This document shows, one piece after another, positions 7,123-14,793 of a stretch of DNA of 25,584 bases (within the stretch, counting starts at the first letter, position 1; every line of letters starts with the position of its first letter). Position numbers and translations under genes: made by a program. This DNA is from a virus (lineage: Duplodnaviria; Caudoviricetes), in the IMG/VR virus record IMGVR_UViG_3300049139_000192, positions 1 to 25,584 of that record; one strand, given 5' to 3'. Under the pieces are notes generated by a model that had not been told where the DNA came from, searched no databases, and saw only the letters and a list, made by a program, of their open reading frames with translations.

Positions 7123-7395
7123 TCAGCGGGTGGCGGCCATGGCGAGGTCGCAGAGCCGGTCGATCTCGTCCTCGCCGAGCTGGTCTACGGCGGTGTCGAT
7201 GCCGTCGTCGAACAGGCCGTCGGCGTGGTCGCAGGCGTCCCGCCTGCTGAGCGCGGTCAAGGCCGGGTGGTCGAGGTAGCGGGGCGGGTAGTGCTTGCGG
7301 GCGTAGGAGGGCTCGTCGTACGCCTTGGCCAGGTAGATGAGCGCGGCGCCCTTGTCGAGGTCGGTCAGCTCTTCCCAGGTGGGGAGCGTGGGCAT
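7123..7395 (-). CDS. Hypothetical protein (90 aa)
   Basis: AAGGAG RBS; GC3-rich codons. Confidence 0.75.
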   Translation of the reverse strand: MPTLPTWEELTDLDKGAALIYLAKAYDEPSYARKHYPPRYLDHPALTALSRRDACDHADGLFDDGIDTAVDQLGEDEIDRLCDLAMAATR

Positions 7396-7419
7396 GGGTT
7401 CTCCTTGGGTGGTGGCGGG

Positions 7420-7572
7420 TCAGTTGTGGGCGAGGATGAGCGCGCCGACGACCAGGCCAGCGACGGCCATCACGTGCAGGCTGCCGACGCCCGTGGCGAG
7501 GCCGGCGGCGAAGCAGCCGACGGTGAAGATGGCGGTGAGGGCGAGGCGGGTGTAGCGCTGGGTGGCGGTCAT
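7420..7572 (-). CDS. Small membrane protein (50 aa)
   Basis: AGGGGG RBS before ATG 7572; two hydrophobic helices. Confidence 0.65.
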   Translation of the reverse strand: MTATQRYTRLALTAIFTVGCFAAGLATGVGSLHVMAVAGLVVGALILAHN

Positions 7573-7657
7573 GGTTCCCCCTGAGGTGTCGTGTGGTGTC
7601 CGGTTAGGCCGGTCCGCGAGCCACCCAGTACGGGCCTGGGTGGCCGGGCGCACCGTC

Positions 7658-7909
7658 CTAGCGGTCGGTGGTGGCGGGCGAATAGGCGACGACGGTCAGG
7701 CGGACCTGGGAGCCGTCGGACAGGTCGAGCACGAGGCCCTTGTCCTGGGTGGCGATGCGGGCTTCGGCGTACGTCTCGACGCCGTCCACGATCGGCCACT
7801 CTGTGCGGCCCTCGGTCCAGAGGAGTTCCCGCCCCTCCGGGCTGGTGAGCTGCTCGACGAGGGCGTCTTGGAAGTTCTGGGCGAGGGTGTCGTTGCGCAT
7901 CTTGGTCAT
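7658..7909 (-). CDS. Hypothetical protein (83 aa)
   Basis: Abuts the upstream gene; GC3-rich codons. Confidence 0.7.
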   Translation of the reverse strand: MTKMRNDTLAQNFQDALVEQLTSPEGRELLWTEGRTEWPIVDGVETYAEARIATQDKGLVLDLSDGSQVRLTVVAYSPATTDR

Positions 7910-7910
7910 G

Positions 7911-8126
7911 TCATGCCTTCCAGTCGGTGATGGTGTGGGTGCGGGTGACGAGCTCGGCGTCCGGGGTGCGTCCGGCGTCGGCCTGCCAGGCGCGCCGGTC
8001 GGCGACGCGCTGCTCGGCCCACTCGCGGTCGGCCTTGTGGTCGTCGGGGAGTGCCTCGATCAGGGTCTGCCACTTGCCGTGGCGGGCGGCGGTGAGGCGG
8101 ATGGCGTACTCGGTGCGGGTCTGCAT
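7911..8126 (-). CDS. Hypothetical protein (71 aa)
   Basis: GAGGAG RBS. Confidence 0.7.
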   Translation of the reverse strand: MQTRTEYAIRLTAARHGKWQTLIEALPDDHKADREWAEQRVADRRAWQADAGRTPDAELVTRTHTITDWKA

Positions 8127-8210
8127 GGTGGTCTCCTCGGTGGTTCGGGTCAGGTTAGGGAAAGCGCTTGCCGGTCTGGGGGTGGCCCCGGTCTCCCGGG
8201 GCCGGCCCGC

Positions 8211-8636
8211 TCAGGCCCCGATCCAGATCAGGTGCTTGTCCTGGAGGCCGATCTCCACGGCTGCCTCGCGGCGAGCCGGGGTGAGGGTCTTCTGGTTGGA
8301 CTCGGGGACCAGGTTGACGTCGGGGCAGCGCTCCAGCCGGCGGAGCGCCTCGTCCTGCTCGTCGCGGGGGAGGTCCTGGATCCAGGGGCGGATGCTGGTG
8401 AGGTCGACCCAGGTGCCGGGGGTGAAGTCGGTGGCGACGTTGTAGGCGGCGCGGATCCGCTCGTCGGTGGTGATCGTGGCGGGGGCGTCCGTCTCGGTGT
8501 CGGCCGGGAGGGTGATGATCCAGCGGCCGTTGACCTTGGTAGCGGTGAGCTTGCCGCTGGCGGCCTGCTGCTGGACGGTGCGGACGGAGATCCCGAGGAT
8601 GTTGGCGGCTTCGCGGGTGTTGACCTTGATCTCCAT
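8211..8636 (-). CDS. Excisionase/MerR-like (HTH_17-type) N-terminal HTH fused to a domain of unknown function
   Basis: NTREAANILGISVRTVQQQAASGKLTATKVNGRWII; AAGGGA RBS. Confidence 0.8.
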   Translation of the reverse strand: MEIKVNTREAANILGISVRTVQQQAASGKLTATKVNGRWIITLPADTETDAPATITTDERIRAAYNVATDFTPGTWVDLTSIRPWIQDLPRDEQDEALRRLERCPDVNLVPESNQKTLTPARREAAVEIGLQDKHLIWIGA

Positions 8637-8675
8637 CGTGTTCCCTTTCGGTGGTGCTCCCTGCTGACAAGAAGA

Positions 8676-8718
8676 ACTCTACCCAACGTGTAGCCCTATG
8701 TCTAGGGCTACACGTTGG
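8676..8718 (-). promoter_or_regulatory. Housekeeping-sigma-like promoter overlapped by a 16-bp inverted-repeat operator
   Basis: Minus strand TAGACA-N17-TAGAGT (8699-8704 / 8676-8681); CCAACGTGTAGCCCTA-tgtc-TAGGGCTACACGTTGG at 8683-8718. Confidence 0.75.
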
Positions 8719-8754
8719 CCATAACCGTTCGGCATGGATCGGGCCCAGCCCCAG

Positions 8755-8910
8755 CTACCGGGTGACATCCACGCGGAAGCCAGGGGCGGGAAACTCCCGG
8801 TGAAGGCGGGTCACGGCGTCCTCCATCTCGCCGACGCTGCCAGTGCGGACGTAGTGGGCGAGGTCGGCGCGGTGGCCGTCCTGCATGGCCCAGACGGTGA
8901 TGTAGAACAT
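8755..8910 (-). CDS. Hypothetical protein (51 aa; not in ORF track)
   Basis: GAGGGG RBS; MFYITVWAMQDGHRADLAHYVRTGSVGEMEDAVTRLHREFPAPGFRVDVTR fills the gap between cassettes. Confidence 0.65.
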   Translation of the reverse strand: MFYITVWAMQDGHRADLAHYVRTGSVGEMEDAVTRLHREFPAPGFRVDVTR

Positions 8911-8922
8911 GGCGTGCCCCTC

Positions 8923-9285
8923 TCAGGCGGCGCGGCGAGCGGCGGTCAGGATCTCGACGGCGATGCGGTGGTAACAGACGTACTTTCCGCGCTGCCCTGC
9001 CGGGCAGTCACAGCCGGCGCGGTGCACGAGGTAGGTGACGACGCCGTCCGAGCTGACGGCGGTGTAGAAGCCGGGGCGGCTAGTGGGGCGGATGCCGCCG
9101 TCCTCGATGAGCTGGCGGGCCTTCTCGATGGCCTGGGGCTTGTAGTCGCTGACGTCGGCGTCGAGGGTGATGACCCACCGGCCGTCGATCTTCTGGGCGT
9201 TGAGCTTGCCGTTCTTGGCGTAGCGCTGGGCGGTGCGGAGGGAGACGCCGAGGGCGGCGGCGGCTTCGGCGGTGGTGAGGTTCAT
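8923..9285 (-). CDS. HTH_17-type HTH + SWIM-type zinc-finger protein
   Basis: ATG 9285 with AAGGGAG RBS; LTTAEAAAALGVSLRTAQRYAKNGKL; C-terminal CDCPAGQRGKYVCYH (CxC...CxH). Confidence 0.8.
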   Translation of the reverse strand: MNLTTAEAAAALGVSLRTAQRYAKNGKLNAQKIDGRWVITLDADVSDYKPQAIEKARQLIEDGGIRPTSRPGFYTAVSSDGVVTYLVHRAGCDCPAGQRGKYVCYHRIAVEILTAARRAA

Positions 9286-9325
9286 CGGGTCTCCCTTGCG
9301 GTGGTGCTCCGTGCTGATGACCCAA

Positions 9326-9417
9326 ACTCTAGCCCTACATGTAGCCCTACGTCTAGGCCGACACGTCGGGTATAACCGTTGGGCATGAGTCCGAACAAAG
9401 CCGCACCGTAGGGCTAC
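9326..9417 (-). promoter_or_regulatory. Second copy of the promoter with TAGCCCTAC operator repeats
   Basis: Minus strand TAGACG-N18-TAGAGT (9350-9355 / 9326-9331); TAGCCCTAC at 9330 and 9342; inverted GTAGGGCTAC at 9408. Confidence 0.72.
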
Positions 9418-9437
9418 GTGTATGCCAACATGTATGT

Positions 9438-9713
9438 ATGCCGAACTACACGCCACCCGACGACCGGGCCCAGCTCTACGCCCGCTTCAAGCGCCACAAC
9501 GACGCCGTCAAAGAGCTCACGCCTGAGGTGCGCAAAGCCGCCGCCGAGGAGCTCAAGGCCGGCGCCGGCGTCGGCGAGCTCGCGAAGCTGACCGGCCTCA
9601 CGCCCGAGGTGTTCCGCCGCATCGCCCGAGAGGCAGGGGTCGAACGACGCCGGCCGCCCACCGTCGTCGCTGCGAAGGATGCCCACGCCGCGAAGGAGGA
9701 GGGCGATGGATGA
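9438..9713 (+). CDS. Small HTH DNA-binding protein, candidate repressor, possibly leaderless
   Basis: AGAGVGELAKLTGLTPEVFRRIARE is HTH-like; divergent from the HTH-SWIM gene; no SD visible. Confidence 0.75.
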   Translation: MPNYTPPDDRAQLYARFKRHNDAVKELTPEVRKAAAEELKAGAGVGELAKLTGLTPEVFRRIAREAGVERRRPPTVVAAKDAHAAKEEGDG

Positions 9714-10104
9714 CCTGATCGTGTTCTTGCGGGCGAGGCTCGACGAGGACGAGCAGGTGGCACTGGACTGGCAGCGCCACAAGGAAGCCTTGACCGAGCG
9801 GTTCATGAACGACCCGAGCAGGAAGCATGTCCGCCTCCGCCGCGAGCCGGTGACGGACGCGCGGCTCAGCGAGTACGCCTACCATGACCGGTTCGACCCG
9901 GCCCGCGTACTGCGAGGGGTGGCGGCAAGGCGGGCCGCGATCGAGGAGTACGCCTACCTGCACAAGAGGGCGCTGAATCCCGGGCCTCATCCGCAGCCGG
10001 ATGAGGCGGGCCGGTTCGAGGTGGCGGCCATAATGACGAGGGCGCTGGCTGCCGAGTGGAGCGATCATCCCGACTATTACGAGGGGTGGCGGACCGATGG
10101 ATGA
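9706..10104 (+). CDS. DUF6221-like protein
   Basis: MDDLIVFLRARLDEDE...DPARVLRGVAARR...EWSDHPDYYEGWR pattern; GGAGGA RBS. Confidence 0.75.
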   Translation: MDDLIVFLRARLDEDEQVALDWQRHKEALTERFMNDPSRKHVRLRREPVTDARLSEYAYHDRFDPARVLRGVAARRAAIEEYAYLHKRALNPGPHPQPDEAGRFEVAAIMTRALAAEWSDHPDYYEGWRTDG

Positions 10105-10558
10105 CCCGGCTGCAATCCTGCGCGCCCAGCTCGACGAGGACCAGGCGTGGGCGGAAGCCTGCCAAGGGCACCACTGGCAGTGGGAGGGCTCAGAGGATGA
10201 CCAGGTGGTGACCGCCAACCCGGTCGAAGAGGAGCACTTGGCCGACGGCGGAGCGGTCTCCCTACGGAGCGTCGAGACGGAGATGTCGCGCCTGAACGGC
10301 CTGCCCCCGTGGCCTGCCCAGCCCCTCCCGATCTCGTGGCCGATCTACCACGCTGAGGAGGTCACCTCCTCCGCTGGCGGCCACATCGTGCGCCACGATC
10401 CGGCCCGGACGCTGCGCGAGGTCAAGGCGATGCGGAAGGTCCTCGACATCTGGCCCGACCCGTTCGGCAACTGGACGGCGGCCCAGGCCGACGCAGCGCG
10501 GGCAATGAAGCGGCAGATCCTGAAGCTCCTCGCCGAGCCGTACCACGAGCGGCCCTGA
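10097..10558 (+). CDS. DUF6221-like protein (second paralogue)
   Basis: ILRAQLDEDQ...HIVRHDPARTLREVKAMR...LKLLAEPYHERP. Confidence 0.75.
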   Translation: MDDPAAILRAQLDEDQAWAEACQGHHWQWEGSEDDQVVTANPVEEEHLADGGAVSLRSVETEMSRLNGLPPWPAQPLPISWPIYHAEEVTSSAGGHIVRHDPARTLREVKAMRKVLDIWPDPFGNWTAAQADAARAMKRQILKLLAEPYHERP

Positions 10559-10570
10559 CGGCAGCACGCG

Positions 10571-10605
10571 AGAGCGCCCCCGGCCGTGATGGCCGGGGGC
10601 GCTCT
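10571..10605. terminator. Probable bidirectional terminator
   Basis: AGAGCGCCCCCGGCC / GGCCGGGGGCGCTCT 15-bp stem between convergent genes. Confidence 0.8.
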
Positions 10606-10616
10606 GCTGTCCAGGG

Positions 10617-10877
10617 TCAGCTCTGCGAGGCGCGCCGCTCCTCGGGCACCACGTACGTGCCGCGCCCTTGGATCGGCTCGACCAGGCCTTCGTCGCGCAG
10701 GATCCGCAGCGCCTTGCGTGCGGTGTCCCGGCCGACCTCGTGCACCTGCATCAGCCGCTGCTCCGACGGGATCGGCCGCCCGGCCGGGAGTTCGCCGGAG
10801 AGGATCTGGGCGCGCAGCACCGCCGCAAGCTGCCTGTACAGCGGCGTAGGGCCGTCGTGGTCGATGCTCACGCTCAT
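10617..10877 (-). CDS. GntR-family winged-helix regulator (DNA-binding domain only)
   Basis: PLYRQLAAVLRAQILSGELPAGRPIPSEQRL...ARKALRILRDEGLVEPIQGRGTYV. Confidence 0.92.
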   Translation of the reverse strand: MSVSIDHDGPTPLYRQLAAVLRAQILSGELPAGRPIPSEQRLMQVHEVGRDTARKALRILRDEGLVEPIQGRGTYVVPEERRASQS

Positions 10878-10933
10878 GGACGGTAAATGTCCGCACCCGA
10901 GGTGCCGCGACCGCGCACGGTTGACAACAGGGG

Positions 10934-10977
10934 CAGACGTTTGCCGACGTTTGGCTTAGCCTCATGGGAAAACGTCG
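10934..10977 (+). promoter_or_regulatory. Putative promoter with GACGTTT operator repeats
   Basis: CAGACG-N17-TAGCCT; GACGTTTG at 10936 and 10946; inverted AAACGTCG at 10970. Confidence 0.5.
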
Positions 10978-11038
10978 GGCCCGCCCCAGCGTCGTCAGCG
11001 CGTGGACGGGCCCTGAGCGCACGGTGGAGGTGCGACCT

Positions 11039-11314
11039 ATGGCCGAGATTACGCGGCATCCGGACGATTGCGTATGGGAGCCTCACATCCCGAGAGCCGT
11101 CACCCGCGTCCTGCAAACCTCATGCTGCGGCGAATACGAGTGGTGCTGTGAGGGCGGCCTGTTCGTGGTGCTGCGCTCCGACCGGCAGGGCGGCCACCAG
11201 GAGACCGGGCGTGACAGCTTGTACGCGCCAGCGCGGGCGGTGTGGGACGAGCTCGTCATGGAGCACCGGGGCAGGCACGGCGGCGGGTGGAGGGGTGCCC
11301 GCCGCGACTGGTGA
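11039..11314 (+). CDS. Cys-rich hypothetical protein (91 aa)
   Basis: GGAGGT RBS before ATG 11039; SCCGEYEWCCEGG. Confidence 0.7.
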   Translation: MAEITRHPDDCVWEPHIPRAVTRVLQTSCCGEYEWCCEGGLFVVLRSDRQGGHQETGRDSLYAPARAVWDELVMEHRGRHGGGWRGARRDW

Positions 11315-11329
11315 CCCTGGAGACGAGAC

Positions 11330-11364
11330 GACGCCCCGCACCTCCCGAAGGAGGGCGGGGCGTC
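11330..11364. terminator. Probable terminator between convergent units
   Basis: GACGCCCCGC-a-CCTCC-cgaa-GGAGG-GCGGGGCGTC. Confidence 0.7.
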
Positions 11365-11425
11365 TTGCCCCCCAAGGCGCAGGGCTACGGCCACCGTACG
11401 CCCCGGGACGCCCGCGGTTCTAGCC

Positions 11426-11800
11426 CTACAGGCCGGCCAGGTCCCGCCCGGAGTGCACGCCCGGCCCGTGGTCCCGGCTCTCGGCGGGGGAGACGTGCAT
11501 GCGCAGGATGAACCCGACCAGTGCGGCCACGCCCGCGTTCGCCAGCCCGACCTGCTCCGGTGACAGGGCGAGCCCGAACCCGACGCCCAGCGCGAGCAGG
11601 GCCGAGATGGCGCCCATGAGCAGCGGCACGGGGAACGGCCGCACCGCCACGGCGGCGATGAGGGCTAGGACGGCGGCGGCGGCGGCGTTGATGAGCCCGA
11701 CCTGCTCACCGGTGACGGCCAGGCCGAGGCCGACGGCGAGCGCTACGACGGTTTGGATGAGGGTGAGCCACAGTGCAGGCTCACGGCCGAGAATCTTCAT
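11426..11800 (-). CDS. Putative holin, 4 TM, internally duplicated
   Basis: Directly after the endolysin; REPAL start; two repeats of GL(A)..EQVGL.NA; GAAGGAGG RBS. Confidence 0.75.
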   Translation of the reverse strand: MKILGREPALWLTLIQTVVALAVGLGLAVTGEQVGLINAAAAAVLALIAAVAVRPFPVPLLMGAISALLALGVGFGLALSPEQVGLANAGVAALVGFILRMHVSPAESRDHGPGVHSGRDLAGL

Positions 11801-11869
11801 GTGCCCCTCCTTCGGGGGTGCCGCCTCATTCGAGGGCGGATTTTTGAACCTGCCGGGCGGTATGCCAGG

Positions 11870-12646
11870 TCAGGCGTCGGCGACGTCGAACCGGACCGTG
11901 ATGCCCGCGATAGCGCCCTCGATCCGGGCGACGAGCGCGTCCACGTCGATCTCCTCGTCTCGGGCCGCGAGCACCGCGACGAGCTCCCGGATCGTCGCGC
12001 CCTGCGCGTCGAGGGTGGCCTGTACGGCGCGCAGCCGCTGGTTGGTGTTGACGAGCAGGCTCTTGGCCTGCCAGTCCGGGTTCTCCTCCGACCCCCACGG
12101 AACGGTGATCTCGTGGGCCCACACGTCTTTCGCGGACACGTCGTCCTCCTCGCTGGTTGCCTTGCCGGTGAACGTGCCGTCCTTGACCAGGGCGTACGCC
12201 CGGTCTCCTGGGCACGACGTGCTGATGAAGTCGCGGTGACCCTTCACCGCGCCGCCCACGCCCTTCGACATGAGCCACGACCGGAGCTGCCGCACCGCGT
12301 CGATCTGGGCGTCGGTCGGGTCCTCTGATGGCCCCGACATGAGCGTCACCGAGTACCAGGAGGTGTTGCCGCCCGGCTGCGCGGCCTGCTCGTGGCCGAG
12401 GCCGCGGCCTTCGAGGATCTCGCCGTGCGGGCACGCGCCCCACGAGTAGCCGATGTCGGCCCAGCCCCGGTTGCTGCCCATGTGGAAGCGGCGGGTGTTC
12501 TTCCAGTAGGTGACGCACGCCGTGTGCGGCTTGGCGGCGAGGCCCTGGTTGGAGCCGTCGTAGTGGACGACCAGCCCCCTCGACGGGCTCGCCGTGCGGG
12601 CGCCTGATTCGCCCCACCCGAACGCCGCCCGCTGTGTGATCTTCAT
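11870..12646 (-). CDS. Endolysin, N-acetylmuramoyl-L-alanine amidase (Amidase_2/PGRP-like)
   Basis: LVVHY, GWADIGYSW, ILEGRG and GHRDFISTSCPGD motifs. Confidence 0.92.
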   Translation of the reverse strand: MKITQRAAFGWGESGARTASPSRGLVVHYDGSNQGLAAKPHTACVTYWKNTRRFHMGSNRGWADIGYSWGACPHGEILEGRGLGHEQAAQPGGNTSWYSVTLMSGPSEDPTDAQIDAVRQLRSWLMSKGVGGAVKGHRDFISTSCPGDRAYALVKDGTFTGKATSEEDDVSAKDVWAHEITVPWGSEENPDWQAKSLLVNTNQRLRAVQATLDAQGATIRELVAVLAARDEEIDVDALVARIEGAIAGITVRFDVADA

Positions 12647-12960
12647 GGGTCTTCCTCCTCACTCGATGTGGCCGGCACGAGGCCGACGTCTCGCACCTGC
12701 TTGGACAGGCGGGCCACCTGGCGTTGCAGCGTGTCGATCTGCTTGGCCTGCCGGTCAATCTCCGCCTGCATGCGGGACAGGGCGCCCTCGTACACCTGGC
12801 GGGCCCGCTCGTAGGCGCCCGCCTCGATCTGCCGGACGGAGGCCCGCTCGTCGCCGTCGGCCCGCGCCTGGCTCGCCCTGGTGGCCGCCCGGGCGGTGAA
12901 GTAGGCGGCGGCGATGGAGGCGAGTGCGCCGATGGCGGCGACGATGACGGAGGCGTCCAT
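12643..12960 (-). CDS. N-terminal TM + coiled-coil protein of the lysis cassette
   Basis: One hydrophobic helix followed by a heptad-rich region; overlaps the endolysin start. Confidence 0.75.
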   Translation of the reverse strand: MDASVIVAAIGALASIAAAYFTARAATRASQARADGDERASVRQIEAGAYERARQVYEGALSRMQAEIDRQAKQIDTLQRQVARLSKQVRDVGLVPATSSEEEDP

Positions 12961-13403
12961 CAGCGCCTCCGAGGCTCAGGCCATGACGCGATCACCTGCA
13001 CGAACCCCGCCAAGGCGAGCCAGATCACCGCGCTGACGTAGCCGCGCGGGACGACGTCGAGCAGCCACCCGGCGACGTGCAGGATGCCCCACAGGACCTT
13101 CAGCAGCGACGCGCACGCGAACGCGGCATGGTCGGCCCGCTGGAACGCCTGCACGAGGCACAGCAGCCCCACGGCGCACCACAGGGCCGCCCACGCCCAC
13201 AACGGCAGGTAGGAGGTCAGCCACATGTACCCGGGCGTCTCGCGCACCGACGGGGGCGCCCACGCCAGCGACCCGGCATAGACGAGGTCGAGCAGGGCGA
13301 AGAACAGCAGGCTCGCGCCCCGGCGCCCCACCTGGGCCCGCACGCGACCCCAGCGCCACCTCAGCCCGCCCCAGGACCTCCGCCACCACGCCGGCCCCCT
13401 CAT
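12960..13403 (-). CDS. Multi-TM membrane protein of the lysis cassette
   Basis: About four hydrophobic helices; coupled to both neighbours. Confidence 0.75.
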   Translation of the reverse strand: MRGPAWWRRSWGGLRWRWGRVRAQVGRRGASLLFFALLDLVYAGSLAWAPPSVRETPGYMWLTSYLPLWAWAALWCAVGLLCLVQAFQRADHAAFACASLLKVLWGILHVAGWLLDVVPRGYVSAVIWLALAGFVQVIASWPEPRRR

Positions 13404-13864
13404 GGCAGCGGAATCACGATGATGTCGCGGGCGGCGAGGTCGGCGGTGTCAGGGTCGGTGCCGCCCGAGGTGAGGTGCATGGTCCGCAGGTAGTAGAGCT
13501 GGCCCGGCGCCAGGTCCTCGATGAACGAGATACGGGAGCCGTACTGGAACTCCGTGTCCTCGCGGGCGGCGAGGTAGCCGCGGATCGTCACCGACGGGGC
13601 CAGCACTTCGGTGCCCGCCGAGCTGTCCTGGAAGAGTTGCGGTGCGAGGAACACCCTGTCCACGTTGGATCCGCCGTTGTCGCGGAAGCCGCCGCCAATC
13701 GTCAGCCTCACCCGGCCGGACGGCGGGGCGACGAAGTACACGCCGACCTCGGGCGTGCCGGCCTCGTAGGACGTGTTCGTCAGGTTGGCCAGGATGGTGT
13801 CGTCGTGCACGTAGCTGGTGGGCGCCGCTGCCCGGACCAGGTCGCCCGCCGCGAGGTCGGTCAT
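13400..13864 (-). CDS. Minor tail / receptor-binding-like beta domain (one repeat)
   Basis: TSYEAGTPEVGVYFVAPPSGRV is paralogous to both repeats of the upstream gene. Confidence 0.75.
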   Translation of the reverse strand: MTDLAAGDLVRAAAPTSYVHDDTILANLTNTSYEAGTPEVGVYFVAPPSGRVRLTIGGGFRDNGGSNVDRVFLAPQLFQDSSAGTEVLAPSVTIRGYLAAREDTEFQYGSRISFIEDLAPGQLYYLRTMHLTSGGTDPDTADLAARDIIVIPLP

Positions 13865-14781
13865 GGGATCGCCGCCACGGTGATGTCCCGGCAGCCGATG
13901 TCCTGCGTGGTGCCGCCCGCGTCGCCGGTGATGACCACGTACTTGACGACGGCGTAGTACAGGGTGCCGGGCGTGAGACCTTCGAGGACGGACTCGCGGC
14001 TGCCGTAGTGGAAGTTCCCCGCGCAGTTGTCCGAGCCGAAGCCCCTGCTGGTGACGGACGGGGTGAGCACCACCGTGCCCGAGCTGTTGGTGAGCCGCAC
14101 CTCCGGCGAGAGGAACACCCGGTCTCCGCCCGCGCCGTTGCCGAGCGCCCCGCCGACGACGATCAGCACCCGGCCGGAGGTGGGCGCGATGAACGTGACG
14201 CTCACCTCGGGCGAGCCGGTGATGTACGAGGTGTTGGACGGGTTGTTGATCTGCGTCGCGTCCTGCGCCCAGACGGCGGGCGGGTAGTCGAGCGCCCTGA
14301 CGGGTCTGCCCGCGAACGACCCGCCGAGCGGGGTGGGGACGACCGCGATCTCCCGCACCGCGATGTCCGCCGTCGCCCCGCCGCTGACCTTGTACATGAT
14401 CCGGGCGAAGTACGTGTTCCCCGCCGTGAGCCCCGTCAGCAGCGTCGTGCGCGACCGGTGGATGTTGGCCCCGGCTTCGCCCGGCGTGCCCACCCCGCGC
14501 GCCGTCACGTCCGCGGCGAGGAACACCGCGCCGGACACGTTGTTGAGCCGCACTTCCGGCGCGACGTGGATGCGGTTCGTGCCGCCGTTGTCGGAGCCGC
14601 CCATGCCGACGCTGAGCAGCACGCTGCCGGAGGTGGGCGCGGTGAAGGTGACGTCCACCTGCGGCGACCCGGCGATGTAGCTGGTGGACGAGATCTGCGT
14701 GATGCCGGTCGTGTCGGACGCGAACTTGGCGGGCGGCCTGTCGTCCACCGAGATGGGCGCCCCGACCAGGATGTCAGGCAC
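13861..14781 (-). CDS. Minor tail protein with two tandem ~150-aa repeats
   Basis: TSYIAGSPQVDVTFTAPTSGSV and TSYITGSPEVSVTFIAPTSGRV; position after the tail tip gene. Confidence 0.78.
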   Translation of the reverse strand: MPDILVGAPISVDDRPPAKFASDTTGITQISSTSYIAGSPQVDVTFTAPTSGSVLLSVGMGGSDNGGTNRIHVAPEVRLNNVSGAVFLAADVTARGVGTPGEAGANIHRSRTTLLTGLTAGNTYFARIMYKVSGGATADIAVREIAVVPTPLGGSFAGRPVRALDYPPAVWAQDATQINNPSNTSYITGSPEVSVTFIAPTSGRVLIVVGGALGNGAGGDRVFLSPEVRLTNSSGTVVLTPSVTSRGFGSDNCAGNFHYGSRESVLEGLTPGTLYYAVVKYVVITGDAGGTTQDIGCRDITVAAIP

Positions 14782-14793
14782 TCCGGCCTCCTC

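Noticed and set aside
8211-9285. Calling the HTH genes excisionases marking an att site
   Set aside because: No integrase or att core in the window, and both proteins carry extra domains.
9286-9456. N-terminal extension of the HTH-SWIM ORF
   Set aside because: Runs through the promoter/operator region; ATG 9285 has the RBS and aligns with the paralogue start.
10921-10926. Perfect TTGACA as a -35 box
   Set aside because: No -10-like hexamer 16-18 nt downstream.
11801-11845. Hairpin sequestering the holin RBS (dual-start control)
   Set aside because: Only a 4-bp CCCC/GGGG stem and no second start codon; too weak to support.
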